From Chara braunii (lineage: Eukaryota > Plantae > Charophyceae): a stretch of 64,000 bases of DNA. A model generated the notes under the pieces. It saw nothing but the letters and a program-made list of their open reading frames with translations, searched no databases and had not been told where the DNA came from. The number at the start of each line of letters is the position of its first letter. The stretch's first letter is position 1. The stretch lies in NCBI GenBank assembly GCA_003427395.1, contig BFEA01000004.1:6182714-6246713 (forward strand). The letters run 5' to 3'. The position numbers and the translations under genes are program-made. Shown here piece by piece: positions 39,192 to 52,390 of this stretch.

Positions 39192-41621
39192 GGAACAAGT
39201 GAGAGAAAAGGGAGATAGAAGGGGAGAGGGAAAACGCTCATCCAAGCCGCATGCAGAGAAGAGAGCCCCTGCTCATGCATAAGCTGTAATAGCTATCGCC
39301 TGTATCAGACTGGGAGTGCAAACAGGTACGTTCAAGGTGTAACAACGGACTCTAGCAGCAGATTCATTTTCCATGAAACGAGAGTAGTTGGACTCCAGTG
39401 CGCTACAGACAGAGAATATAGCGGTGCATCTTCTCGTGTTCTAGGTGATCATACATTCTTGATGTCCTCAACCGGTGATCGACCGGCCCGGGCCTACGGT
39501 ATGTGAAAGAGAAAGAAAACGGCAGCATAACTTTCCATGTTCTAGTTGACGATACAGTCCCCCCCATCATTTGGTGTCTGCGCACAGGACTCAAAGAGGG
39601 TGGCTATATTCATTGAATTTCATTCTCATTTGTCTCTTTTGATGACCGAAGGAATGGGAACGGCCCACACTCAGTTCGTGAGAGAGTGGCCAAAGACAGA
39701 AAGGAGGAAAATCCCAGTGAGAGAGAGAGAGGCCTCAGCAGGGGGTAAGCACTGCACGCCGCCTCTGGACCACGAGGAGGCTCCATCAGGTGATTGCGTG
39801 CTCTGCTTTGAAGTTTGACGAATTTCCAACGCGGAATTCCAAGATGAAATTTTGATTTAATTTGATTTAAATTCTCCTCTCACCGTTGGGGAACCGAAGA
39901 TTGGACAGCATTCCTTGAGGGCTTAAATTCAAAAAAACCGACCGTTCGTATTCTTGAAAAAACAGAAATGAGCATAACGAAAAACCAAGAAATGGTCCGA
40001 AAAAAAAAAACAAAAAAAAACACAGTAGAAGAGCGACTTTCGAGCGTGCGCGGTTCTGCTGGGACTTACCAGGGACAAATGCTGATAAACTGTCATAAAC
40101 AGGCAATGGTGAATAGTACCCTCACAAGCCCATGCCGAAAAATCGACAAATGGTCCAATGTTTTTTAANAAAAAAAAAAAAAAAAAAAAAACAGTAGAAG
40201 GGTGAGCGTGAGCGGTTCTGCTGGGACTGACCAGGTACAAATGCTGATAAACTGCTCATAAACAGGGAATGGTGAATGGTACTGAATACCCTCACAAGCC
40301 CAACATGATCATCAGAAAAAGGCTGATCCATTGATCTTCCCAGCTCATCCAGCTTCAACAATCAACCATTTTGGATTCAGCAGCTTGACAGCGAATGGGA
40401 GAGTGGTCCAGAACTAAGCCTAAGCATCAGACAGCGAGTGTGCCTACTTGTTTGTGAAGCACTCTACCCCAATCTTTACACTGAGACATGCAACAACAAC
40501 CCGGGTGGGAAGTGGTTGCGCGCACCCTTCAATGATTGCTCAGAAAAGACACTCTTGCAACGAAAGGAATCTTTCAGATAGTTTCTCAAAACACTTGAAA
40601 TAAGCAAATTAATAATTACAGGAAAAAAAAAGTTAAACGTCGTCGGTCAGCATTTGCATTTCGAAAAGCCCAGCGTTGTATTCTGCAAATGGGGGTAAAG
40701 AAGAACGACGGGGGTAAAGCGCCGATGCTGTGTTTCTCCTGGCACTGCTGGCAGAGTCTGTGTCACAGTCTGACGGACGGAATCTTACAAGGAGGGTACA
40801 AAATTGCAGGCATACCCCTAGGGTTTGGGGGAGTTTCCTTATGTGAACCCTTTTTTGCTGAACTGCAGCGCCCCTGCTTATTTGGTAAAATTATGAGACT
40901 GTTTGCAGGTCTATTTTTTTATTTCTTTTTGCTGAATTTCCCTCATCTTTTCAATTTTTTTTCCTTGTGCCACTTTAAAAATAAATCAAAACTTAAATTT
41001 GCCCCTGCAAATCTGAAATCAGGCAGGGACTGTCTTGCGTAAGTCCCATCCCGGATCTATGATTGGTGGGTTTGAGAGATCTTTTCATTTTGTTTTATAT
41101 AGTGTCCCCCCTCCCCCTCCCCCCCGCCTACTTTTGAGTCGTTGTACTACCCCTCAGGTTCAGCATCTAAGTGAAGGCGTGACAGGCTGACATAACCCCA
41201 CGCCCTGGTCGTCGTTGAGGAGCTCTGAAGCGGCAACAGCGGGCGACAGACGCCACTGTCGCTGGCTTCAGCAACAAAGAGATCCTCCCTGGTCTCCTCA
41301 CGCCGGCATGGAGCATCTTTCTTCGGTTTCTTCAGAATATTCATTCCTTCTCTGTGGGCGGACGACAACAGCGAGGATTGGTCCACAACGCAAGGCTGTT
41401 GCAGGATTTGGTCTGCAACAGTTCGCCCTGGTGACGATACACTGTCAGCGCTCAGCACATCGCTCTGCGCGTGGTTCATATGGAAGTCTACTTTCCTCCT
41501 CGGGGCTGCTGTGTGTGTCGTTCCTCTGGCAAGAAAGACACAGATCCGTCTGCGGTTACCGTAGGTATATGACCAACACCGCAGCAGTTGCGACATTAAA
41601 TCAAATCTGGGTATTCATACC

Positions 41622-41824
41622 GGAAAGATGCCAATCCAGCCGCAGGTTGCCCTATGGCTACCTTGCTACGACTTCACCTTGGTGACTGATTCTGCCGCGA
41701 TAGTCTCTATGATCAACGACGCGAGAAACATGTTGCACACTTTGACATGCGTATCGTATCAAAGTCGTTGGTTTATCATGGACACAATTTTGGGCAAAAT
41801 AAATTCCCATGGTGTGACGGGCGG
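41622..41824 (-). pseudogene. rrn18: NUMT: 3' end of mitochondrial SSU rRNA
   Basis: aatccagccgcaggttgccctatggctaccttgctacgacttcacc ... aattcccatggtgtgacgggcgg; the 3' end lacks the anti-Shine-Dalgarno CCTCCT, as in plant mt rrn18. Confidence 0.85.
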
Positions 41825-42354
41825 CCCGAGTATCCTAGGAGGGAATGTGGCGGATGATGACACCGGGGATAGCCCAGTGTGCACGCAACAAAGACACATA
41901 CTTTCTATGACAGCTTCTTGGAAACATTGACGACACATGGCATGTTGCTGATATGTCATCAATATGGAAGGCTGACGTACGCAATTATTTAAGCATGGCA
42001 GATCAAGGCCACAACAGCATGTTGGGCAAGTAATCAAGGGAGGGGGGGGGGGAAAGGGGGGGGATGAGCACAAGACAAGGGACCACAGTTTCGTGGGAGA
42101 GGCTGGCAGCAACCATCCCTTCGTAGTGTTTGGAGCAGCCGTGTACCTGTGGGATGACATAATAGGAGGGCACAGCCACCGTTCCCCGGAGAGGTTCCTT
42201 CACTGTTTGTGGCAGAATCAGCCGGATTGCTCTCCAGGGGCGGCAGTGCTTGCAAGTGGTCATCGACGTACTCTTCCTGATGGATGGGCCAGACTGAGTG
42301 ATCTTTCCACTGCTTTGTGATAGAAAGAGTTGACATTTCCCGCTGTGTGCACAC

Positions 42355-42507
42355 CCTACCTGCCATTGTTCCATAGAGTCCATGACTTAACCACAAAGGT
42401 AAGAGCACTGAAATAACCTGGACGATGTAAGCTACCTGCCATTGTTCCATAGAGTCCATGACTTAACCACAAAGGTAAGAGCACTGAAATAACCTGGATG
42501 ATGTAAG
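42355..42507. repeat. 76-bp near-perfect tandem duplication
   Basis: ctacctgccattgttccatagagtccatgacttaaccacaaaggtaagagcactgaaataacctgga twice. Confidence 0.9.
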
Positions 42508-42656
42508 ATATCTGCATGAATATTCGGATCCATGCATAGCCGTGGTTTGTGGAGCAGGCTGGAATTGTAGTCGCCTACCCATAATGTCATAGGCCAGACT
42601 TTTTATGTTCAGGTGTTGGCGTTAATTCCGCGTAATGAAATTGTAGATAGTTGTAT

Positions 42657-42853
42657 CAATTTGACCCGAAACCGGGTGATTTTTATTTATTTATTTTTTA
42701 AACGGGCCCAGTGCCCAAGGCTGATATTACCAATGAAAACGGAAACCTGGTGATCTAGCCATGAGCAGGTTGAAGAGAGAGTCCTAACGGGCCTCGGAGG
42801 ACCGAACCCACATATGTGGCAAAATATGGGGATGACTTATGGCTAGGGGTAAA
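42657..42853 (+). pseudogene. rrn26: NUMT: fragment of mitochondrial LSU rRNA, split by a short retroposon tail
   Basis: tttgacccgaaacc..gatctagccatgagcaggttgaagagag..ggaggaccgaacccacatatgtggcaaaatatggggatgacttatggctaggggt matches plant mt rrn26 rather than plastid 23S. Confidence 0.85.
42681..42741 (-). mobile_element. 5'-truncated 61-bp SINE/LINE 3' tail with 13-bp TSD
   Basis: T-rich tail ttttatttatttatttttt; TSD gaaacc(g/t)ggtgat at 42668-42680 and 42742-42754. Confidence 0.8.
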
Positions 42854-43999
42854 TAAAGAAAAGAGTAAGAATCAATCGTCCGAGTATTGATTCTTCAGCG
42901 TATTTTACGCTTCATGCCTTTTGCCCCATAGGCGCGTGAGCGCTTATAGAAAAACTGGCTCATAACGGTGGAACCGTTAGTTCTTATTTATACAAACAAA
43001 GAACCATGGCAATACCGTGGGAAGTCGGTGGATTGTATGTAGAAAAGAAAGCAATTCAATGAACTCGAGCGCCTTCATAGACCCCGTAACGACCGACTCG
43101 AAAGAGGAGAGCATGATTGATTTCATGCTAATACACACCAGGTGCAGTACTGTCGTCCTCGGACTCGACATGTACTATTCCTGGATAACGTGTATTGAAG
43201 GCAACGACGTCGTTCCATACGGTTGTGAGCATGCCGGCGGCGCATATCTCTAATCACTGCAGGTGTGGTGATCATGCTGTTCACGGATAATAAATGCGGC
43301 CGCTGTGTGTCAGCGCATTTTAGATTTTTGACACAACAGCCACTCTTCCACCCTGATGAGTAGATCCAAAATCAACGCAAGTAAAATTCTACCTCTATTG
43401 CAGACACCGAAAACTTGAGATACTCCACTCCACCAATGAAACAGTTCTGCCTCTAGAGCAAGCAACAGGGAGCAGAATAGATCCATTTTATCCATACATG
43501 CAAGCGCACGTCGTGCACTGATTTGCGGACTGTTGGCGCTCAAGCGCACCCCGACGAAGCGGCGCACGAAGGCCCAGGCCAAAACTAAAAAACAAAAAAA
43601 AAGTTGGGATGTTGATTCATCGCTGGTTCGGCCCCCCAGCAAAAATGGATTTGGGGCCCAATTTGTTTTTAGCGGGTCGCGCTCAAGCGCAGCCTGAAAC
43701 GATTTCGAATTTGATTTTGGGAGGGGGGGTACCTTTTTTATAGTTTTTGCAGGTAGATACTGGCAGGGTTTCGGCGGGCCATTTACTCGTTGCAGCCGCC
43801 TCCAGTCCACTCCAGGAAGCAGCGCCGTCAGTCCCCCGCTACGAGCAGCGCCGACCTCCCCCTGCATTTGCATCATCACCGAGGCTGAGCTCTGGAGCGA
43901 CCATCGCCGACTTCAACCCTCCTCGAAGGTGAGTCTACACCTGCCCTCTTGCCCTCCCTCAAACTCACCTCCTCCCCCTCCTCCTCCTCCTCCTCCTCC

Positions 44000-45050
44000 A
44001 CCTCCTCCATCTCTCCTCCTCCTCTCGGTATTGTCCTTTCCTTTTTTTCCATAGTATAGGATCTTGTACTCGGAGCTTTGATAGTATCTCGGACTATCTC
44101 CTCGTCTTCTCCACCGCCTCCTCGTCACTTCCACCTTCACCTCTCATCAGCCTCCCCTCCTTGTGTATCTTTCCTTCTCCTCCTCCTCCTCCTGTCCTCC
44201 TCGGCCTCCTTGTCAAGGTCTCGTCACCTTTTCTTGTGTAAACTTCGATTTGTGTTGGTATCAACTCCTCTCCCTTAGTCGTATATCTTTCCTCCTCCTC
44301 CTCCTCCTCCGTCCCTCATCCATCTTTCCTCCATCTCTCCATCTCTTCTCCGCCATCTCTCCATCTGTACTCTTCCACGTCTCATCCTCCTTGCCACGGC
44401 CTCGTCACTTTTTCTTTTTCTAATGGGAACTTTGAAATTCGAACTGTGATGGTATCTCGTCCTCCTCCTCGCCCTCTGTCTCCTTGTCCTTCTCCTCCAT
44501 CCCTCCTCCTCCATCTCTCCATCTCTCCTCCTCCATCTCTCCATCTCCCCTCCACCTCTCATCCTCCTCCTCCACCTCTCATCCTCCTTGTCACGGCCTC
44601 GTCATTTTATGTTTTTTTTGGACACTTCAAATTTCAAACTGTGATGGTATATTCTCATCATCGTCGTCGTCCTCCTCCTCCATATCTCCTTGTCCTCCTC
44701 CTCCATCCCTCCTCGTCCTTCTTTCCCTCTCCATCTCTCCATCTCCTCCTCCACTTCTCATCCTCCTTGTCACGGTTTCGTCACTCTTTTCTTTGTTTTT
44801 ACTGGAAACTTCTGAAGTTCGAACTGTGATGGTATTTCGTCCTCCATATCATGTCATCGTCATCCTTGTCCTCATCCATTTCTCCTCCTCCTCACCACCT
44901 CCTTCTCATCCACCTGCTCCATCTCCTCATCTTCCTCCTCCATCTCATCTTCTCCTTGTCACGCCCTCATCACTTTGTTTCGTTTTTTTGAATGAAACTC
45001 TGAAAATCGAACTCCGATTGTATTTCCTCCTTGTCATGTTGTCGTCGTCA
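44000..45050. repeat. ~175-196-bp satellite, ~6 units, with a conserved head and variable CT-rich body
   Basis: Anchor gaactgtgatggtat or variants at ~44072, 44247, 44441, 44637, 44821, 45009, usually preceded by ccttgtcacggcctcgtcac. Confidence 0.85.
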
Positions 45051-46499
45051 CTTCTTTTTCCATGGACATTTGGAACAGCAATTGTTTCTGTTTCTGATAG
45101 GCAATTAATTGCTTTTTTTTCCCGTTTATGTTTTGCAAACGCAGTGAAGTGCTATTTTCGTGTGGGTTTTGGGGGGGTGGGGGCTATGAGGGGGTGGAAT
45201 AAGGCTGATTTCATGGGGTTTCATGGGGAGAGGGAAGGGGGTAGGGGATGTGTGTTTCAGAGTGGACGCAGGACACGACTGAGTTTGTGACTTCTCTTCT
45301 GCGGTTTTGTGTGCAGATCACAATGGCGACCCGCGTGTATAGTTCCACTTTGATAAAGCGGCATGGCCATGAAGATGGGGTCCGTGAAGGCGGGGTAAGG
45401 CAGGTGTTGATCCATGTGGCAAGGGCGACTGACGGCGGCAGCGGTCTTCTTAGTGTGTCGAGTGTGGGTAGGTATAGAGGAAAGGTGATTGCTGTACCCA
45501 CCTTGCAATGATTATGAAAAAAAAAAAAAAAAAGGATTCCGAACGGGATATGGCCGCACCCAACAGCTCGCGGCCCCGTGCGGTCCTGTACGGTGCGGGT
45601 ACGGGCCTGAACGGAGGTTACGGAGGTCCCGGACCGGACCCCGTACGGCGCACCGGACGGTGCGGTTGCAAGTATGATTTTATCCCTTTCTTGACTTACT
45701 CAAAAGTCATTTATCCATTTCTTGACTTACTCGAGGCAAGTCATCCCAAGCACGAAACAGTTCTTAGTACTTTTTACCTCTATAGCAAGCAACACGGAGC
45801 AGAACAGTTCCGTTACATCCCTTTCCCAACTTTCCCGATATGAGTCGTTCCAACATGAAACAGTTTTTCCCTCTACAGCAAGCACCATGGAGCAATAGTG
45901 AAAGGCACCCTCATAATGACGCACCACCCCGAAGTACCGAACCTGTGAATAATCAGGGAGGCCATTTTCCGAGCCCACAATCCACCCCCATATTGACCTT
46001 AGCGAAGTTTGCAGGAAGCGGAGTTTTCCAGGCAAAGGACCCTCGTCATACCTATATCAGACCAGAAAAATAGCTTCCGTACATTCAGAACGCCTGCCTT
46101 CAGAGACCACAAATCACCCTCGTCATGGCTGTATCAGACCCGCAAACTAGCTTCTATACTTTCCAAGGAGACCACCACCTCTATTTTGGAGCGATGCTGC
46201 TTGACTGCATAGAAACCACTTTCCAGGTCTCATACAGTCACGATGAGGGTGCATTATGTCTCCAATCAAGACCAGGAGGCTCCCTGAATGTATACACGCT
46301 ATTTTCACATCTGCTGAAGAGATGACGAGGCTGTGTTGTGCGTTGAAAACTCACCTTCGTGGAACGCCGCACAGAGGCCAAAATACATTCCTAAGAACTC
46401 TTGCCTCTACACCACAGACATCCGTCGAGTGTCAGAGGTATACGTTTAATGAACTTTAATGATTGAATCCTCATTGTGACCGTTTCAAACTTGAAAGTT

Positions 46500-46872
46500 A
46501 ATCCAGCGGCCTAACTCAGTTGGTAAGGCTTGCAAGTGGCATTCAGGAGGTCGTGGGTTCAATCCCCATTGGCCTCATGTACCTTCCTGGGCATGCTTGG
46601 CGCCCGCCACCTAGAGATAGACCACTGGATCCCCCGATTGGCATTTAGCAGAGTCTGCTGATGTTCANAGGGGAGGGGACCTGAGGGGNGGCACAGGGAT
46701 TGGTCCTGTTGGCATGGTCCCTGATGCTACTGGCTGTCCCCTAGCCAGTATCGCCCACCTGCAGGTCGGGAGCAGCCCCCGCATGTTCTCTCATGAACAT
46801 GGTTCTGGCTGCTACGGGGTTCCCCGTATGCCTACAATTAGTAGTGGTATAAAAAAAAAAAAAAAAAAAAAA
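46500..46872 (+). mobile_element. tRNA-derived SINE (second family), ~370 bp, with poly(A) and 13-bp TSD
   Basis: A box taactcagttgg, B box ggttcaatccc, A-tract 46851-46872; TSD aaacttgaaagtt at 46487-46499 and 46870-46882. Confidence 0.85.
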
Positions 46873-49800
46873 CTTGAAAGTTTAAAGATACATTGTATAC
46901 AGTCAGGAATAGGGGGGCAAGGGTTCGTAAAGCCCAACCAAACGACGGTTACCATTTCAGCTCTACGATCCCTTTAAAAAGTTCCTTTTTTTATTTTTTC
47001 CCCCGGTCCTCATTATAATAAAAAAAAAAAAAAAAAAAAAAAAAAAACGCAGAAAAGTCGTGAAAACCGAGATGGTATTTTTTTCTGGCCGGCCAGGCAC
47101 CCGGGCAAGTTGCCCGGGGGGAAGGGACCTCTCCGGGGTAGCCGAGGGACAAGTAAAAAAGTACATGAATTTTTTATGTTTATTTTTTTGGCCTGCGGGT
47201 GTCTTCTGCACATGCAGAGAGGACCCTGAATCCGGGAGATTTTCTTCTTTTTGGTGTTGGTTATGAAGGGGGAGAAAGGGGGGTATAAGTTGGTGGCTTC
47301 ACAGGGGCTAAAGGGGTTTAATTTGGGGTCATAAATTGGCTTCAGTGAGGAATTCAGATATACCCTTGAGCAAAAAGTTCGTTTGCATTGCAAATACAAC
47401 ATTTTTTTTTTTACGGAATATTTTTGAATTATTTTTACTTTTTTTTTTTTTTTTTGCACTGGGGCTGCCCGGGATTCATGTTGGGTGCCCAGGCGCCCCG
47501 AAAAACAACCTAGCTGAAAACTGAGAACAAAATGGTTCCCCAAACTCCACAGCCATTTCAGAGAAGCACAGCAAACACCCATAAGGACTGTATTAGACCT
47601 GAAAGATTGACTGTATCCATTTTCCCTCATCTTCCCCACGATATCAGCACACGTTCATGCTATCATAGGCATTTCTCTTTTGTTTTTTTTCATCAATTAA
47701 TGAGTTCTGGAAAGTTTACCAGTCACCACAAACAACACTCTTTGACTCCCCCTGATAAAATGCCATCGACGACGTCTTCCTCCCTCACACTGCTCACATC
47801 CCCATCCTCCTTGAGAACGTCGAAATCCACACGAAGGCGATTTTTTCAGTTTGAAGAGAACCGAGTTCAGTATCACCAACGACTTGCATTGGATGCGAAG
47901 TAAAAACGAAAAAAAGTTAAAAAAAAAAACAAACGGAAAACAGAACACGATTCGCCGGTCGGTTACTTGATATACCACTCTTACTTGCCTAAAGATATGG
48001 CCTTCAGAGCATTGGTAAATCTACTTTTCAGAGCGCTCAGGCTAAACATCATGCTCTACATATGTCATAATTGTCATTAGATTATCACTGTCCCCATCCA
48101 TAGCAGGATAAGTCTCATTCTATTTGACAACTATAACAGCTATATAACCATTATAGTTAGTCAGACCTTAGGTCAGGATTTCATAACAATAAGCCAGGCT
48201 CGGAGCCGAGGCCCACAGCCTGAAAATCAGTCTTTTCGAATATATTCTACGATGCACTCGTCACTAGAGTGTTCGTGTTCTCCCAGCCATCGACTCTTTT
48301 AACTCTGGTTCATGGCCAGGCACAGTAAAGTCGCATGGGAAATTTCGGTTCATCTACATTTGTCGTCCTGTGGCTCGTACATAACCTCAAAATTCCTTTG
48401 GTGCAAGCATGGACTTCAAGGGGCAAAACCTCAAGGACTAGCTCCTGCAATGCACTCTACATACCTGCAAGAGTGCTCGTCACGTTCAGCACGCTATATA
48501 GCCTTGGGAACAGTCCGCTGGAAGACGCATGCAAGATCCCTCGACAGCGAGTTCCGCTTGCTCCCAGCATAGATGCCCCGATCTCCCTCCTCCTCTCATT
48601 GTACAGCTCCACTTTGGGCTACAGCCTTCTGTGCGACTCCAAAAGTTCGTTTTGCCCCAGCGAAGCGCAGCAGAACACCGAAATCCCCTCGCCTCGGGAA
48701 GAAACACATACATCAGAGACTGAAATCACGCCCCCCATCTGCACACACGTCGGGAGAGAATGTTGGGCGAGAGCGTCGGACACACTGACTAAATCGCGTC
48801 AAATGAGCAATAATGTAGATGTGCTTTCCCCAACTGTGCCTCTACAAAACCCTGTCTGGAAACAATCCAAGCACTTCCACAGACTGGGGAGAAAGAGCTG
48901 CAGTCCTTTGCCACAACAATTGCTTAAGCTTCAGGACATCCGCTGAGGTCTGCAGACCTTGCTTGGATTTCCAACCAATGCATATGTATGTAAGAAGATC
49001 CCAGATCACAACAGCCAATGCAGGTGTCGGCAGCATCCACAAATTCCCACCACAACTTCTCTCCAGGGTGACGAGAGAGTTGTGCGCACAAATTGACCGC
49101 GTGTTAATCCAATGCAAATCATGCAAATATCTGTTTGCCAGCCACCTCCTCAGTTCTCTTGAGAACAAGGTAAGTCGCATCCCCCCGGAATCCGGCTCAA
49201 GAGTCTGAGAGCACCTCGTGATCATCTTCTTGAGCATCAACCCACTGTTTCTCAGCTGGGTCTCGGGCTCAGTACAACCTCGATTCCCTGCCCGGGTGGA
49301 TTGGCTCCACAATGTTCCCTCGTTGAAGAAGCTGCAATGCCTGTGCTCCTGACCCTCCATGGAGCTGTGTTCGGTATTCTCGACCTGCACAGCAGAGCAG
49401 CAGAATTCTGAAAGGCCGTGGAGTTCAATCAACAACCTGGGACCCCTGAGAGTGCCTCTCTCGAGTTATAATTTGGATGGACTCGTGAAGCACGGCCCAG
49501 CCATTCGTCTGCACACCACTATGCTGTGACAAGTTGTAGATCGTCATCATTACTCGGGGGCTGATCGTCATCATTACTCGGGGGCTGAATCCGCGGCGTC
49601 GTGTGCACCCTTAAGACACTGCACAGACAGCTGTGTTATCACACAGCCAGGTTGGCCTTCAGCCTCGTACATAGCAGAGAGTTAGTTACCTGCAATGCAC
49701 TGCAACTTCCTTTGGGAACACCTACACGAGATACCGTACAGCTTCTGCCCACACGAGGCCAGATCACTGGCCCCCTCCTGCAGAAAATTCAATCAGCGGA

Positions 49801-51512
49801 CCTCCGCCGAATAGGCATAGGACCATGCACACGATATCCCGAGCAAGGAATCCGAAAGGAGATGTGACGCACAACAATTGCTTTCGAGCAGCCAACAGGC
49901 ATCTCCAGTGTTCTCACACCAACAGCATCGTGTGTTCACTATCAAAGGAAAAAGAGATTTGCTGAAGCTTGCCCCGAAAGCACAGCAGGGTGAGAGGAGA
50001 CCGTGCTGAGAATGCCCTGTTTGCTGAAAAGTCCGGCTTCACTCACGTGCCCATCACTCCGTTGTTTGGTCACTGTCACCTCGAATTCCGTCTGTGCGCC
50101 AGCAATAAAATCTAATCCAATCTAATCGTGCAAGCGAGCGATCGGTGAATTCATCAGGACCATGACATGTTCATTTGTCAAGTGTCACCGAACTTCGTGG
50201 CAAATGCGCCCAGGAGCTGCCGTAGCCTCGCATTTCCTTAAACAGATTGTGCGTGACAACTTCAAACTTACCCTGAACCTGGGTGCATACCAAGTCTATG
50301 TGCATGAACTCTGAGTCTACACAGGACGGTGGGGAGTGGCATGCCAAGTCTATGTGATAGACATGCAGAGGCTTCAAGCACATCCTCCATCCATAGTAGG
50401 GGTCCCGGATACAGCGCATACGTAGGTATGAGCTGGCCTCACTCACACCTCAAGAACTCGTCTTGTAAACAGGCAAAGCCAAGACTCACCGACACCCTCC
50501 ATCATATCATCATCACAAGATCGTATAAGATCTTTGAAGTGAGAACTCCAATCCTTCCTCGTTGCCCTCGAGATAAAAAACAATTCTACAGATAGAATTC
50601 TTCGTTCACGCATGCCAGCCCTCCAGTTCGTTCAGCAGCAGCATCTGAATGTTCGGGGATGGCGCTCCCTTTTCCTCCAGTTTCCTCCTGCTTCCAGGAA
50701 AGGAGATCGCACCCTCGGATCGCGCAGAAGGGATTGATCTTCCCAGGACGTTTCAGAATCACTGTGCTCGACATCGAAGACACTTTTCCTTCCTGCCCTC
50801 TCCACGCCGATGCTGCTGCAGCATCCACCACCACCACACAGACCCTATCCATGCACTGCCCCCACTAGCCCTGCATCTGCTGCTGCCGCCGCTGCTGCTC
50901 TGCCCAGTGGTTTTGTGCTTTGCCATTATCATTTCTGCTGCTCTTCTCGACACTTCCATAACACTTCTGGACAAATCAGCATGAGGGATGAAGCTGTGCA
51001 TTCGTCTTCTCGCTAGAGGCCAGCACAATGTGTCGGTCTTTGCAAATGCCTCCTGTGAAAACCGATCGAGTAACAACAAAGTCATGCTGGCACCTCAAAG
51101 CAAGTGTACCATAACAGCAGATCAGCGGTATTGTCATCCAAATGGAGGTGTTGGTAATGTTAGGCGCAACGGAGGGACGTCTCCCCGTCCCTAAGGGCCA
51201 GCCTCTAGCTCTCACACAGTGTCGCATCTCATGTCGTTGTTGTTTGAATGAGGCGGCTCGTTTTCTCCAAAGCAGAGCCTGCTCCTTCATGGTCCTCCGT
51301 TCGTGTTGAATCTGAAATGTAGACCAGTTGCTGGGGATTCGAGTTCTCCCCAACTGAACCCTAACCGCACCATTGGACCCACTGACCGCTTTGCTGAAGT
51401 CCTTTGCACTGCACCCTGCACACTGCCATTCATTGGACATGTACGGGTAGAGTACAGACACAGACAGCAACTGAAAAGAGACCTCCAGCTGCAGATCTGA
51501 ATAAGAAACGAC

Positions 51513-51610
51513 CTGTGCAAGAGAACAGGAGCATCCAAACAACAACAAAAGACATTATTACTTCACACAAATAGGCCAAACATCCCCAACACCAGAAACG
51601 AAATCCTCCA

Positions 51611-51675
<65 letters not shown>

Positions 51676-52370
51676 CTGGTTGGAAAACGCTGCTATGACG
51701 ACTCTTGTGAGAAATTATAGCTTTGCCAAGGACGACTGATCCAGTCAGAATCCCATCTTTCACAAAATGACAATCCTGTCGTCAACCATGTACCTTCCAT
51801 GGATCAACAGAAACTCAACGACCCAATTGCAATCAAGAGGAGCACCTCAGCAAACAAACACTCGGAAAAGAAATTTCTATTGAGCACTAGACGACCCTGA
51901 CAAGATGTCATTGCTGACAAGCATAAACCCTGGCTACGAATCTGTCATGTTGATTCCAACTAAGCAGAAACACTGGTATTATGTTTCTGCTTAGTTGGAA
52001 TCAACATCACAGTAGACGGGATTACTCCACGGAATATCGATGTGGAAGAGTCTTCTTTTTTTTTTTTCCCCCCTTTCTTTCTTCTTTTTTGGATATGAAT
52101 CTCGATATGGAAAAGTCTTCTTTTTTCCTTTCTTTCTTTCTTTTTTTTTGGATATGAAAGAGTGACATGCCTCGAGAGTCGAGAGCAGAAATGCAAACCG
52201 GCTGTAACACACGAGTAACCATTTTCACACATGAAAAACAGGTGCACCCATCATCACCATCATTCACAATCACTGCCGCCAAAAAAAAAAATGTCCACCA
52301 CGAAGATCATGAACAGCAAGCACACTGGCTCCAACTTTTTGAAGCGATTTACGTTGACTGCAAAGCTCAC
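51513..52370 (-). promoter_or_regulatory. Predicted stop-proximal 3'-UTR intron of SMG7
   Basis: Donor CG|GTGAGC 20 nt after TGA; strong acceptor tgctcctgttctcttgcacag|G at 51513. Confidence 0.6.
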
Positions 52371-52390
52371 CGAATCAGCTTGAATTCTCT

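Noticed and set aside
48300-50250. Protein-coding gene or transposase (e.g. ORFs 48335-48946 and 48842-49435)
   Set aside because: No recognisable motif in any frame; could be distal SMG7 UTR/intron or an old TE. BLASTX is needed.
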